Source: a virus
Taxonomy: Duplodnaviria; Caudoviricetes
IMG/VR virus record: IMGVR_UViG_3300009091_000002
Coordinates: 1 to 56,931 of that record
DNA length: 56,931 nucleotides
Strand: one strand, 5' to 3'
Part shown: piece after piece, positions 39,552 through 49,386 of the stretch
Numbering within the stretch: position 1 is the first letter of the stretch
How the letters are laid out: the number at the start of each line of letters is the position of its first letter
Position numbers and translations under genes: made by a program
Notes under the pieces: generated by a model
The model's database searches: none
The model's input: only the letters and a program-made list of their open reading frames with translations
What the model was told of the DNA's origin: nothing

Positions 39552-40355
39552 TTGATGGTTATGAAGCTGGAAAAAATGAAAAATAAAGAAAGAATTCAGA
39601 AAAGACGTGCACGGGAACGCTTTAATGTGGCTAGCCGCCTGGAACGTGAGTATCTTAGAAGCCTTCGCCATATTGTTAAGCAGATAGATGTGATGACTAA
39701 AAGCATCATTAATAAGAATATGACTGAAGACGAGTTAAAAACTGCGCATGGACAACTATCAAATATGTTGCGCGGTTATGGCGAGACGATTAAACCATGG
39801 GCAAAATCAGTTGCCAATAAGATGGTAGCAAAGATTGCTAAGGTAGATGAATCTAATTGGGTGAAGCTTGGCAGAGAAATGAATAAATCCCTTAATCAAG
39901 AACTAAGTGAAGCGCCAACAGGCAATATGCTGATTCAATTCCTTTCTGAGCAAGTTAAGCTGATTACAAGTTTGCCTAGCGAGGCAGCTGACAGAGTTCA
40001 CAAGATGGCGCTGGAAGGAATAATCACAGGTGAACGCGCTGACAGTATCGCTCGTAAGATTCTACAAACAGGAAATGTTAGCCAGTCAAGAGCGCAATGT
40101 ATAGCCAGAACAGAAGTTGCAAGAGTTGCATCTGGGCTGACGATGGCTAGGAGTAAGCATGTAGGAAGCACACATTATTATTGGCGTTCGTGCGAAGATG
40201 GCGATGTGCGAGAAAGCCATAAAAAGATGGACGGAAAGATTTGCGAATTCGCAGCACCGCCTGAAGTCGAACCTGGAAAATATTATCATGCAGGGATGAT
40301 TTACAACTGTAGATGCTATATCGAACCGATATTAGATTATGAAATGAAACATTAA
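39552..40355 (+). CDS. MuF / SPP1 gp7-like head morphogenesis protein
   Basis: RA..IARTE, Y.W....D..VR.SH..MDG, H.G..YNCRC...P. Confidence 0.92.
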   Translation: MMVMKLEKMKNKERIQKRRARERFNVASRLEREYLRSLRHIVKQIDVMTKSIINKNMTEDELKTAHGQLSNMLRGYGETIKPWAKSVANKMVAKIAKVDESNWVKLGREMNKSLNQELSEAPTGNMLIQFLSEQVKLITSLPSEAADRVHKMALEGIITGERADSIARKILQTGNVSQSRAQCIARTEVARVASGLTMARSKHVGSTHYYWRSCEDGDVRESHKKMDGKICEFAAPPEVEPGKYYHAGMIYNCRCYIEPILDYEMKH

Positions 40356-40372
40356 ACGATACAGGAACAGAA

Positions 40373-40654
40373 ATGAATACATCAGGCTTACGCGGTACAA
40401 TATCAGCCCAGAACCCAAGCCCAGTTGTGGTTCCTATTTTAAACACATTTGGCAGTGGTAATCCAGCACCCCCTTTTAGTGCAGTATTCACAACAGCAGC
40501 AGGGGCAGCAACTTTTTCTTTTGATGGTGGCATAACTTATCAGGTCATAGCAGCTTCTGTGTCAGGCTCTGGCCAATTAGTTTATTTCATAAACAATCCA
40601 TTGACGCATGTTAAATTCACAGGTGCCAATGCGGAAAAATATCAAATATTATGA
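40373..40654 (+). CDS. Small beta-rich hypothetical protein
   Basis: 93 aa, AGGA RBS. Confidence 0.65.
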   Translation: MNTSGLRGTISAQNPSPVVVPILNTFGSGNPAPPFSAVFTTAAGAATFSFDGGITYQVIAASVSGSGQLVYFINNPLTHVKFTGANAEKYQIL

Positions 40655-40881
40655 GTAATGATATAAGATTCCCACAAAATTATGACCCTGGCCATCCATT
40701 AACTTTGCAAGGAAATAGCAGCAGCAATCCAACGCCTGCGCAATCCTTAGCTAGTTATCCAGTTGCTTTGGTATACCGATTTCCTGATTTGGATTCTATA
40801 CCATCTAATTATGCTGGAATAGCACAAGTTGGGCAAACTCTGGTAATTTGCGATGGTTCAGGAAGCGCTAGACAAATTTAA
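40651..40881 (+). CDS. Hypothetical protein sharing a motif with the SGNH protein N-terminus
   Basis: F..L..IP....G.A.VG.....DG. Confidence 0.6.
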   Translation: MSNDIRFPQNYDPGHPLTLQGNSSSNPTPAQSLASYPVALVYRFPDLDSIPSNYAGIAQVGQTLVICDGSGSARQI

Positions 40882-40898
40882 AACGATAGGGTGATGCG

Positions 40899-41198
40899 AT
40901 GAACCAATACACGAATGCAGCAATATATATAGCTCTTGGATTAATCGGGGCAACAGGCCATTGGATCAAGAAAAGGTACATTGACAAAACAACAACAGAC
41001 ACTTTCAGTTTGTACATATTTGGAAACTTTCCAGCCACTTTGAGGGCCATTGGCGCAATTTCTTTTGCCGAAATGAATTTGTCATTTTTGCAAGCAAATG
41101 ATTTATTATCATTGCAGAATGTGATTGGCGCAATAACCGCTGGATACATGTTTGACTCAGGAATCAACAAAGCATCCGATGCTGGAGAAATAAAATGA
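40899..41198 (+). CDS. Small membrane protein (holin candidate)
   Basis: 2-3 hydrophobic segments, charged C-terminus, 99 aa. Confidence 0.5.
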   Translation: MNQYTNAAIYIALGLIGATGHWIKKRYIDKTTTDTFSLYIFGNFPATLRAIGAISFAEMNLSFLQANDLLSLQNVIGAITAGYMFDSGINKASDAGEIK

Positions 41199-42604
41199 CA
41201 CTACGCATAATAGGCCCAATAGATTCACAAAATCATTCCTTTACTTATGATGGGCATGGTAGAATAACCGGCATAATAGATCAAGCAGGCAACCTTTCCA
41301 ATGTTGTAACCAATTTCAACACCCTAGCAGATATACCGCCTGGGTTTGTTGGAACTGCTGCCGTAGGATTTGATACGTTTATCGGTGATGGTATCAGCTT
41401 TATACCTTCTTCAATAAAATCAGGGGCCGTTAAATTTCATGGTAATTTAGCCACCTTAAAAGAGCAGTACAGGACATTAGCCAATGCTATACGCGCAACG
41501 CTGAACGGAACAGCTAATACCAGAATATTACTTAATGGTGACTCAACAACACTAGGATCAGGGGAGCTTTCGACGTTACAAGTACCTAATTCGTATGTTC
41601 ACCGTGCAGCGGAAATTATTAATAAAAGAATTGTTAAAGGTGGATGGCAGTCAAACTACGGGAGCATTGTCGGTGGCCCAACATTTACTTTTAGCACGCA
41701 AGATACGAGACTATTAGATTATCCTGCCGGGTGGTCCACATTCGACCTCGGGACAGTTGGCAATAATACTAACAAGGGGAGGTCGATAGGCGGCAGTCTG
41801 GCTTATAACAACACGACAACTAACCCGATTACGTTTACACCATCGGCAGTTACAGATACGCTGGATGTCTACTATGTAGATGTCGGAGCAGGCTATAACA
41901 CGTTTAGTGTAAAGGTTGGCGGAGTACAAATTGGGGCATTAGCTGCGCCAACTGGAAGCGCGAGCATTAAAAAGTTATCAGTATCTACAGGTGTTGCCGC
42001 AGCTCTTAACACCTATACTATACAGCGAGAGGTAACTGGCACTGGCGCTATGATTGTAGGGTTTGAAGCATATAACTCAGCAGAGAAGGAGATAACATTT
42101 GTTAATGCTGGCTGTGGCGGAACATTCATTGATACTAATCTAGCACAAACAACAACAGCAACTTATTACACAGCATTAAAAATGCTTACTGACGCCACAT
42201 CAACAGTAAAATTCAACGCAGTATGTATTAATTTTGGCATTAACCATTGGTTAAACTCTACTGCACAAACAGCTGTAAATTTTGAGTCGTCGTTAAATTA
42301 TGCGGTTTCTACATTAGTTACAGCAGGAATTCCTGTGGTGTTATTTATACCGCCAAAGTCAGGATTAACAGTTGGCTCTCCGTTAGTGACTGATGCAATA
42401 ATGCAGGGCTATGTCGATGCTATTTATCGCACAGCAACGACCTACAGCCTGGCAGTAATTGATATTTATTCAAAATTTGGCAGCAATGCAACTGCCAAAA
42501 CATTGGGGTATATGCACACTGATAATGTACACATTACCAATGTCGGGTACAGCAAAATAGCGTCATATTTTGCTGATTTTATTAATTATTTGGTTACTGA
42601 CTAG
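41195..42604 (+). CDS. SGNH/GDSL hydrolase-domain protein
   Basis: Block I GDSTT, block II NAG.GG, block III FGIN, block V D.VH. Confidence 0.82.
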   Translation: MTLRIIGPIDSQNHSFTYDGHGRITGIIDQAGNLSNVVTNFNTLADIPPGFVGTAAVGFDTFIGDGISFIPSSIKSGAVKFHGNLATLKEQYRTLANAIRATLNGTANTRILLNGDSTTLGSGELSTLQVPNSYVHRAAEIINKRIVKGGWQSNYGSIVGGPTFTFSTQDTRLLDYPAGWSTFDLGTVGNNTNKGRSIGGSLAYNNTTTNPITFTPSAVTDTLDVYYVDVGAGYNTFSVKVGGVQIGALAAPTGSASIKKLSVSTGVAAALNTYTIQREVTGTGAMIVGFEAYNSAEKEITFVNAGCGGTFIDTNLAQTTTATYYTALKMLTDATSTVKFNAVCINFGINHWLNSTAQTAVNFESSLNYAVSTLVTAGIPVVLFIPPKSGLTVGSPLVTDAIMQGYVDAIYRTATTYSLAVIDIYSKFGSNATAKTLGYMHTDNVHITNVGYSKIASYFADFINYLVTD

Positions 42605-42734
42605 GCTTAAATTATGATTTATCTATACCTATCAGCAGCCGTGGCGCGCATCATCGGTGGCCTGTATGCCTGGGCTAAAATACAGGGCTCACGGGGATTG
42701 ATCGCCGATTATGCCATAGTCCTTGAGGCAATAA

Positions 42735-43298
42735 TTGATAGCACATCGGCCAAGTCTAGTGCAACAAAACCGCCGAAAAACTGAACGAAGGAAGACAAGG
42801 CTGATGGAGGCAGGTAGACAACCCGTAGAATCTGAATTGGATAGGCTTGGCGCTATGATAGGCCACGAAGGAAGAGCAGAGGACCAGATGATGTTAACTA
42901 TTTTACACGGTCTAGCAACAGTTATAACTTATCAAGCAAAAGAGCTTAAAGAACATTCTGCTTCGCAACAAGCTCAATTTGAAGTGCACCAGAAAAGGAT
43001 AAATGAGCATGAAAAAATAGTCATAAAAGGGGAAACATCTTGGCGATGGATTACCATTATACTTAGTGGATTGAGCATTTGTTTTTTGAGTCTATTTTCA
43101 TACGGATATTTTTTAATTGCCGATATAAGGGATAGTGTGAAAGCTCAGCAAGCGATAGATGACTATATCAATAAAACACAAACTAATGCTGTTGTTGAAG
43201 GCAATACAAAAATAATTGAACAAAGTAGCAATCTGGGTAATATCCAGCTTGAAATTGAACGCATCAAAAAACTTAAAGCAGTAAAGGGATCAAAATGA
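42735..43298 (+). CDS. Single-TM coiled-coil protein (start uncertain)
   Basis: Hydrophobic WITIILSGLSICFLSLFSYGYFLI flanked by coiled-coil-like segments. Confidence 0.6.
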   Translation: MIAHRPSLVQQNRRKTERRKTRLMEAGRQPVESELDRLGAMIGHEGRAEDQMMLTILHGLATVITYQAKELKEHSASQQAQFEVHQKRINEHEKIVIKGETSWRWITIILSGLSICFLSLFSYGYFLIADIRDSVKAQQAIDDYINKTQTNAVVEGNTKIIEQSSNLGNIQLEIERIKKLKAVKGSK

Positions 43299-43852
43299 TA
43301 TTTATTAAATGGTTTTTATTATTAATAGTCAATCTTCTGACTAATTTAGTTAATTATCCACTTGCACCAATTGTGGTATTATTTGCTAATAAAGACGGAT
43401 GGTTGCCTAAATGGCTATGGTGGTTTCAGATGAATGATAATTCGTTGGATGGCGATAGCGGATGGAGAATTGAAAACATGCCATATCGACCCGAAAATAA
43501 TCATTATCAAAGGTGGATCAATCGTTTCCATTGGTTATGGCGTAACAAGCTATATGGATTTTCAAGATCCTGTTTAAGTATTACCTATAACCCAACAACC
43601 GATATAATTATCATTTATGGGGATAATAGGGTTGGCAATGGCCCCGAAGGCAAATCAGGGTGGTGCTATAAAAAGTTGATAAGGGGCAAAAACATTATTG
43701 GTTTTAAATTTTATTACATCAGGCAGTACAAGAATTGGCCTAACAAGTGCATTAGAATTTTAATAGGCTGGAAGTTGCCAAACATTGGCGAAACTGATAA
43801 TGCGGCAACTTTTGGCTTCTCTCCAAGCCCGTGGATGCATTTTATAAAATAA
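43295..43852 (+). CDS. Trp-rich membrane-anchored conserved phage protein
   Basis: N-terminal TM; LP.WL.WFQ..DNSLDGD.GW; WLWRN..YGF; GWKL. Confidence 0.7.
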   Translation: MIFIKWFLLLIVNLLTNLVNYPLAPIVVLFANKDGWLPKWLWWFQMNDNSLDGDSGWRIENMPYRPENNHYQRWINRFHWLWRNKLYGFSRSCLSITYNPTTDIIIIYGDNRVGNGPEGKSGWCYKKLIRGKNIIGFKFYYIRQYKNWPNKCIRILIGWKLPNIGETDNAATFGFSPSPWMHFIK

Positions 43853-43955
43853 TTTTTCATTTCTAAAAAAAAATGGTTACTTTTCTTGGCGGGCATGGTA
43901 TATATATGGCTTTTATAAATTTATAAAATACTACTTTGTTTTTAAGGATTAATAT

Positions 43956-44438
43956 ATGAAAATATTACAGAAATTTATATTAATGGCATTGCTGCCGTTA
44001 ATTGCATTAGCTGCATCGAGCTCAGCGTTTGCGGTTGGGGATGCCACTGCACCATACCAGAATCCAACCTATATCCCAACATTCACAATCCCATCAACTG
44101 GGTCACTCCCAACTGGTGCCCAGAATTTAACCTATAGCACTTTTGGAAGTTCTGTTTTTACCGGATTATTCTCTGGTACGTGTACATCGCTAGCAGCAAC
44201 AGCTCAAGGTTCCGTGGATAATGGAGCGTCCTGGACAACTATCAACGCATACATATATCCTGCCCTCGGTACGGCGGCTGGGACTGTCGCAGTAGCTGGA
44301 GCGATAACAAATGTATTATTCAAACTTAATGTGCAAGGTTTTAACAAAGTGCGAATTGTTGTCTCCGCCCTAGCCGGCACCACTTGCTCCTTCGCAGCAG
44401 CAGAAACGCAAGGCGATTTCAATGGGTTGACTTTGTAA
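43956..44438 (+). CDS. Protein with signal-peptide-like N-terminus and beta-rich body
   Basis: MKILQKFILMALLPLIALAASSSAFA; QGS.DNG.SW..I; AAGGA RBS. Confidence 0.65.
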   Translation: MKILQKFILMALLPLIALAASSSAFAVGDATAPYQNPTYIPTFTIPSTGSLPTGAQNLTYSTFGSSVFTGLFSGTCTSLAATAQGSVDNGASWTTINAYIYPALGTAAGTVAVAGAITNVLFKLNVQGFNKVRIVVSALAGTTCSFAAAETQGDFNGLTL

Positions 44439-44442
44439 TTAT

Positions 44443-45915
44443 ATGACTATTCGGGCATCTGGATACACAGTTTACAAAATTGGTCCAAATCAAGAGTTGA
44501 CCCCAGAAGGATTTCTGCTCTGCAAGGATGTGCCAGTTGCGCGAACAGGAGTGATGATCTATGGGCCAGATGAGACTCCAATCGAATCTGGCCCAGATGG
44601 ATTAGTGAAGATTTACCGCGAAGATGAAGACGTTTTTGATGCCAGAACAATAGCATCAGCAATAGGAAAGCCAGTGACCAATGATCACCCCGAAGAGGAT
44701 GTGACACCAAATACTTGGAAAGAACAAGCTGTTGGTGTAGCACTTCATGTGAGGAGAGGAGAAGGCACTATGGATGACTTATTGCTAATGGATTTGCTGA
44801 TAACAACTAAAGAAGGGATTGAAGCTGTCCAAGGAGGCAAACGTGAAATTTCATTAGGCTATGATGCTGATTATGAACAGCTTGAACCAGGAAAAGGAAG
44901 GCAATCAAATATAATCATCAACCACATCGCATTAGTTGAACAAGGCAGATGTGGTGCTAGGTGTGCAATCAAAGACAAAAAACCAACTAACCAAGAGGAA
45001 AGTCAAATGGCAAATCGCTATGGCACCAGAAAGGCTCAGACTAGCAAAAGAGGGCTTGCAAAAGTCGTGGATTTGCTATTCAAGGCTCACAAAGCAAAAG
45101 ATGCAGAAGAATTGAAAGAAGTTCTTGATGAAGCTGCGAATATGGATGGACTATCTGAAGAAGAAAATGTCGGCAATCTTGACCAAGAATTTAGTCCTTC
45201 TGATGAAAATGGCGACACGCATATTCACATCCATAATGGCGGAGATCAGGCAGTTGGCGAGCCCGATGAAAATGACGAAGGAGGCCGTGCTGAATTTCAA
45301 GATGACGATGACCCGCGTTGGGCATCAAACGAATCAGATCACAATGAGTTTAGGCAGCGCCTAGAAGCATTAGAAGCAAGAATTGGCAAAAGTACCGATA
45401 GTGAAGAATCAGCTACTGAAGCAGCTTTGGATGATGGAGAGGAGCTGGAAGAATTTTTGGAAGAAGAAGCACCAGAGGGCATTCCTGCGAAAGATGCGCG
45501 CAAAGCCCGTGATTCCCGCTATCTTGGCGAAAGCATGAAAGATACCGTGGCTATGGCTGAGATATTGGCGCCTGGCATTAAGGTTCCAACCTATGATAGC
45601 AGGTCAACTCCAAGCATTACGGCAAAGAAGATTTGTAGTTTGCGAAGACAAGCTCTTGATATTGCTTATGCAGTCCCAGCAAATCGGGCAATGTTCAGCG
45701 ATATAATTGGCAATAAGAAATTGGATACAAGCAGAATGACGTGTGATGCTATTCGCACAGTATTCAAAACAGCATCAGCTTTAAAACGTCAAAGCAACAA
45801 TGGTATGGGCGTTAGAGATTCCATCATGAATCTTCAAGCGGTAAAGCCTGCTAAGCCGATGACTATAGAAGATATAAATGCTGCTAATGCTGCTTATTAT
45901 ACGTCTAAAAAATAA
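44443..45915 (+). CDS. Prohead protease/scaffold (DUF2213-like)
   Basis: TPEGFL.C.DVP.ARTG...Y, GKPVT.DHP, EIS.GY, NHIALV..GRCG..C; acidic scaffold C-terminal half. Confidence 0.9.
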   Translation: MTIRASGYTVYKIGPNQELTPEGFLLCKDVPVARTGVMIYGPDETPIESGPDGLVKIYREDEDVFDARTIASAIGKPVTNDHPEEDVTPNTWKEQAVGVALHVRRGEGTMDDLLLMDLLITTKEGIEAVQGGKREISLGYDADYEQLEPGKGRQSNIIINHIALVEQGRCGARCAIKDKKPTNQEESQMANRYGTRKAQTSKRGLAKVVDLLFKAHKAKDAEELKEVLDEAANMDGLSEEENVGNLDQEFSPSDENGDTHIHIHNGGDQAVGEPDENDEGGRAEFQDDDDPRWASNESDHNEFRQRLEALEARIGKSTDSEESATEAALDDGEELEEFLEEEAPEGIPAKDARKARDSRYLGESMKDTVAMAEILAPGIKVPTYDSRSTPSITAKKICSLRRQALDIAYAVPANRAMFSDIIGNKKLDTSRMTCDAIRTVFKTASALKRQSNNGMGVRDSIMNLQAVKPAKPMTIEDINAANAAYYTSKK

Positions 45916-45957
45916 GATGCATTCAACCAATTATTAAAATTTTTAAAGGCACATAAG

Positions 45958-46512
45958 ATGAAAAAGATTAGAGCAAGAACAAAAGATGTAGCTTTCAAAT
46001 ACAGAATGGGTGCTGGGTATCCAGGTGATGTCACAAGAACCCATCCTGTTGATATTTATCCTGAGCTAGCAGATGCGACAATTCCGCCTACCTTGGCAGG
46101 CCAAGGCGTTATTCTGGATGCAACTTCCCACCGCGTTAGAAAACTTGATGCAGCAACTGACGGTGTGACAGGGGCAATTGCTCTATATGGCATCACAGTT
46201 CGCATATATCCATTCCAGCAAGCACAAACTACAACCAACTTTGGTGCTGTCCCTATCGGGGGTGGGCCACTGCCTGTTTCTGGTGAGGTTGATATTCTGA
46301 GGCGCGGCGGAATCATCGTCCAAGTGCCAGCAGGGCAAACACCTGTAAAAGGTGGTGCTGTATTCATCTGGAATGTTGCAACATCTGGTGCGCATATTCA
46401 AGGCGGTTTTGAAGCGGTTGACGGCACAACAAATACTATCGACGTAAGTAACGCTGTGTTCAACAGTGGCGTTGATGCCAATGGATTTGCTGAATTAATT
46501 TTCAATAATTAA
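45958..46512 (+). CDS. Head decoration/cement protein
   Basis: YRM..G.PGD.TR, G..VR.YP, .LRRG.I.V; between scaffold and capsid genes. Confidence 0.8.
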   Translation: MKKIRARTKDVAFKYRMGAGYPGDVTRTHPVDIYPELADATIPPTLAGQGVILDATSHRVRKLDAATDGVTGAIALYGITVRIYPFQQAQTTTNFGAVPIGGGPLPVSGEVDILRRGGIIVQVPAGQTPVKGGAVFIWNVATSGAHIQGGFEAVDGTTNTIDVSNAVFNSGVDANGFAELIFNN

Positions 46513-46542
46513 TTAAAAGCATCAACAATTCACTAATTCAAA

Positions 46543-47670
46543 ATGGGAAAGAACATGAAAAAGAGATTTAAAACAAAAGATGGACTGACTTTTGACCAAT
46601 CATACCATCAAGTCATCGACGGCCAAGGCACCCAGCGCGGCAAGGCTTTTGATCAGGCCTATATGACGCGCGATGGTCGCACCGTCGATTCAACGGGTTC
46701 GTTTTTAGTTGGCGAGTTGGAACGGCTTGACTTATCCCTTCACAAACCTTTGGCGGCTGTTACTTGGGGACGCGATATTGATTTACGTGAGGATGTAACC
46801 ATTGCTGATGATGTATCTTCATTTACCATTTCATCATTCGCATCTGCTGGTGGCTTAGGCCAAGGTCAAGGAGTTGGTACTGGAAAATCATGGATTGGCC
46901 GTAAAGCCAATCAAGTTCCAAATACAAGCGTTGATATTGCCAAAATTGCAAACCCATTAACGCCTTGGGGAAACGAACTGGCTTATACCATCTTTGAATT
47001 AGAAGCTGCTGCCCGTCTTGGCCGCCCTATTGATCAGCAAAAGTTTGAGGCTTTGCAATTGAAGCATCAAATGGACATCGATGAGCAGGTATATGTTGGA
47101 GATACAGGCTTGTCCCTAGGTGGCTTGGTTAACCACCCATTGGTTTCCGCTTATGGAACGGTTGCTTCTGTGTCCACAGGTGTCTCCGGATTCACCCAGT
47201 TTGCTAAAAAGACTGCTGATGAGATTCTTGCTGATATCAATAGTTGGTTAATCTCTGTTTGGGCCGCTTCCGCTTATGCTGTTATCGCGAAGGATATTTT
47301 ATTGCCCCCTTCCCAGTACGGATATTTAAGCACCCAAAAAGTTTCTCAGGCCGGTAATGTTTCAATCCTGAAATACATTCTGGAAAACAATATCTATACC
47401 CAATCAGAAGGCAAACCGATCAGCATTCAGCCACTGAAATGGCTGGCTGGATCTACTGATGCTGGTTTGGCAACTGCAATTGGAAACGGTGGCCTTGACC
47501 GTGCTGTGGTTTACAGCAAAGACAAAGATCGCGTGCGCTTTCCAATGACGACTTTGAATCGCACCCCAGTGCAGTTTGATTCTATCTTCCACAAATCAAC
47601 TTACTTTTGCAAGTTGGGTGCTGTTGAGGTCGTATATCCAGAAACACTAGGATATTTTGACGGGCTATAA
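46543..47670 (+). CDS. Major capsid protein (DUF2184-like)
   Basis: FLVGELERLD....PL...TW.RDI, EL..A...GRPID.QK, D.D..VY.GD, GL.N, VYPET..Y.DG. Confidence 0.9.
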   Translation: MGKNMKKRFKTKDGLTFDQSYHQVIDGQGTQRGKAFDQAYMTRDGRTVDSTGSFLVGELERLDLSLHKPLAAVTWGRDIDLREDVTIADDVSSFTISSFASAGGLGQGQGVGTGKSWIGRKANQVPNTSVDIAKIANPLTPWGNELAYTIFELEAAARLGRPIDQQKFEALQLKHQMDIDEQVYVGDTGLSLGGLVNHPLVSAYGTVASVSTGVSGFTQFAKKTADEILADINSWLISVWAASAYAVIAKDILLPPSQYGYLSTQKVSQAGNVSILKYILENNIYTQSEGKPISIQPLKWLAGSTDAGLATAIGNGGLDRAVVYSKDKDRVRFPMTTLNRTPVQFDSIFHKSTYFCKLGAVEVVYPETLGYFDGL

Positions 47671-47771
47671 GCTACTTTAACGACCTATAGTTTATTTCCG
47701 AAATAAAGCGCATTATAATATCCCTGAACTTAACTTAACAGAACAGGGATATTAAACCAAACAGGTGTAAC

Positions 47772-48248
47772 ATGGCTAAAGTTGAAAAAACGACTATCGT
47801 AGAATCCTCAACTACGGATAGTATACAAGAGGAACCAACTGGACCAGCAGAGAACGAATTGAAATCTGATGCTACCGAAGAAAAGCAGGCACCAATTGAC
47901 CCAAATCTGGTTGTTGCGGTTGTTAAAAAACGTTACAAAATTGTCATGCCTGACGGTGCCACAATTACCCATGAGCCAGGTCACGTAACGATGCCAAGGG
48001 AACAAGCCGAACATTGGTATGCTATTACTAATGGAACTGCCATAATCGGAGTCCCAGATAATGGCGATTTGAACGGTGTTGGCGCTAAAGCAAGAATTGC
48101 TGGAATCATTGAAACTTTGCAATCCAAGATTGTGGATATAATTTCATTTGAAGAGCAGCACAAAGGATTATCCGATAAACAAAAAGAAGATTTAATTAAA
48201 TCGTCCAAATTTGTTGAAGGTGCTTTGAAATTGCTTGGGAGCTTGTGA
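47772..48248 (+). CDS. Hypothetical head-associated protein
   Basis: PG...MP...AEHWY motif; directly after capsid gene. Confidence 0.65.
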   Translation: MAKVEKTTIVESSTTDSIQEEPTGPAENELKSDATEEKQAPIDPNLVVAVVKKRYKIVMPDGATITHEPGHVTMPREQAEHWYAITNGTAIIGVPDNGDLNGVGAKARIAGIIETLQSKIVDIISFEEQHKGLSDKQKEDLIKSSKFVEGALKLLGSL

Positions 48249-48469
48249 TGCCATTAATTCAATCAACAAGTAAAAAGTCTCTTGGTGAGAATATCGGCAA
48301 AGAGATTAATGCAGGCAAAGATCCAAAACAAGCTGCTGCCATCGCTTATGCTACGCAACGGGCAAATGATAATGGCACTCCAGAATATGCGATGGATCAA
48401 TTAACAACTATTCCAGAAACAATCACAGCTTGTGATGTGATGGAAAAATCAAGAACTTATGGTGGATAA
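48245..48469 (+). CDS. Small protein with KQA.AIAY motif
   Basis: MPL...SKK...ENI..E..AGK..KQA.AIAY, a pattern common near phage head genes. Confidence 0.7.
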   Translation: MMPLIQSTSKKSLGENIGKEINAGKDPKQAAAIAYATQRANDNGTPEYAMDQLTTIPETITACDVMEKSRTYGG

Positions 48470-48470
48470 A

Positions 48471-48749
48471 ATGGCAAATCACATACATATACATGTTGGA
48501 ACAACTGATAGAAAAAGAACAATAGATGGGAAAATGACGGGAGGGGAAATTTGTTCATATTTTGGAATACCTAGATCACAAATAACAATAACTAACGGAT
48601 CACAAAGGCAAATTGGAAATTGTAAGATTTACAATAAAGATGGCGATTTAATTTTTAAGACTGAAAACGTATGGAATGGGGTTGTTACATTAAATCAGTC
48701 TGAAATATCAGAAATAGGCAGAAAACTTTACAAAGATAAACAAAGCTAA
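48471..48749 (+). CDS. Small protein with HIHIH...TTD/TID leader
   Basis: MANHIHIHVGTTDRKRTIDG; start ATG 48471 with GGTGGA RBS. Confidence 0.75.
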   Translation: MANHIHIHVGTTDRKRTIDGKMTGGEICSYFGIPRSQITITNGSQRQIGNCKIYNKDGDLIFKTENVWNGVVTLNQSEISEIGRKLYKDKQS

Positions 48750-48798
48750 ACAATGATAAATAAATGAAAACTGTAGCAGATTTCAGAGCAGACTTATT

Positions 48799-49386
48799 AT
48801 GAATAATTATTGCGCCTATGTTCACGCAAGACCAAATATCACAGATGCTTCTGGCATTTTCTATGTTGGCAAAGGCACAGTCAAACGGGCTATGAATCTT
48901 AGGCGCAATAAACACCATTCAAATATAGTCAACAAACACGGTGCTGAAAATATTTTAGTTGGAAAGATTGATTGTTCTAGTGAAGCTATTGCTTTTGAAT
49001 TAGAGAAAGGTTTGATTAGATGTTTAAAAAGAATGAATGTAAATCTAACTAATCAAACTGATGGCGGAGAAGGAATCAGCGGTTTAAACCATTCTGAAGA
49101 AACAAAAAAGAAGATAGGAGCATCAAACTCAATTTCTTTAAAAGGGAAAATTCCATCTAAGAAAGCATTTGAAGCTGCTAGAATTGCTTTGACTGGGTAT
49201 AGCCATTCTGAAGAAACAAAAAATAAAATAGGAACTGCCAATAGAGGGCGAATAATGAGCCAAGAATCTATCAAAAAAAATAGATTGGGTCATATTGGCC
49301 AAAGATGGATAACTGATGGAGAAACAAACAAAAGAACTAAAGAATTGGAATTACCAATAGGCTGGAAAATAGGCAGAACCTTATGA
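48799..49386 (+). CDS. Free-standing GIY-YIG-like/NUMOD3 homing endonuclease
   Basis: AYVH.RP......FYVGKG...RA, LTNQTDGGEG, two HSEETK.KIG repeats. Confidence 0.85.
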   Translation: MNNYCAYVHARPNITDASGIFYVGKGTVKRAMNLRRNKHHSNIVNKHGAENILVGKIDCSSEAIAFELEKGLIRCLKRMNVNLTNQTDGGEGISGLNHSEETKKKIGASNSISLKGKIPSKKAFEAARIALTGYSHSEETKNKIGTANRGRIMSQESIKKNRLGHIGQRWITDGETNKRTKELELPIGWKIGRTL

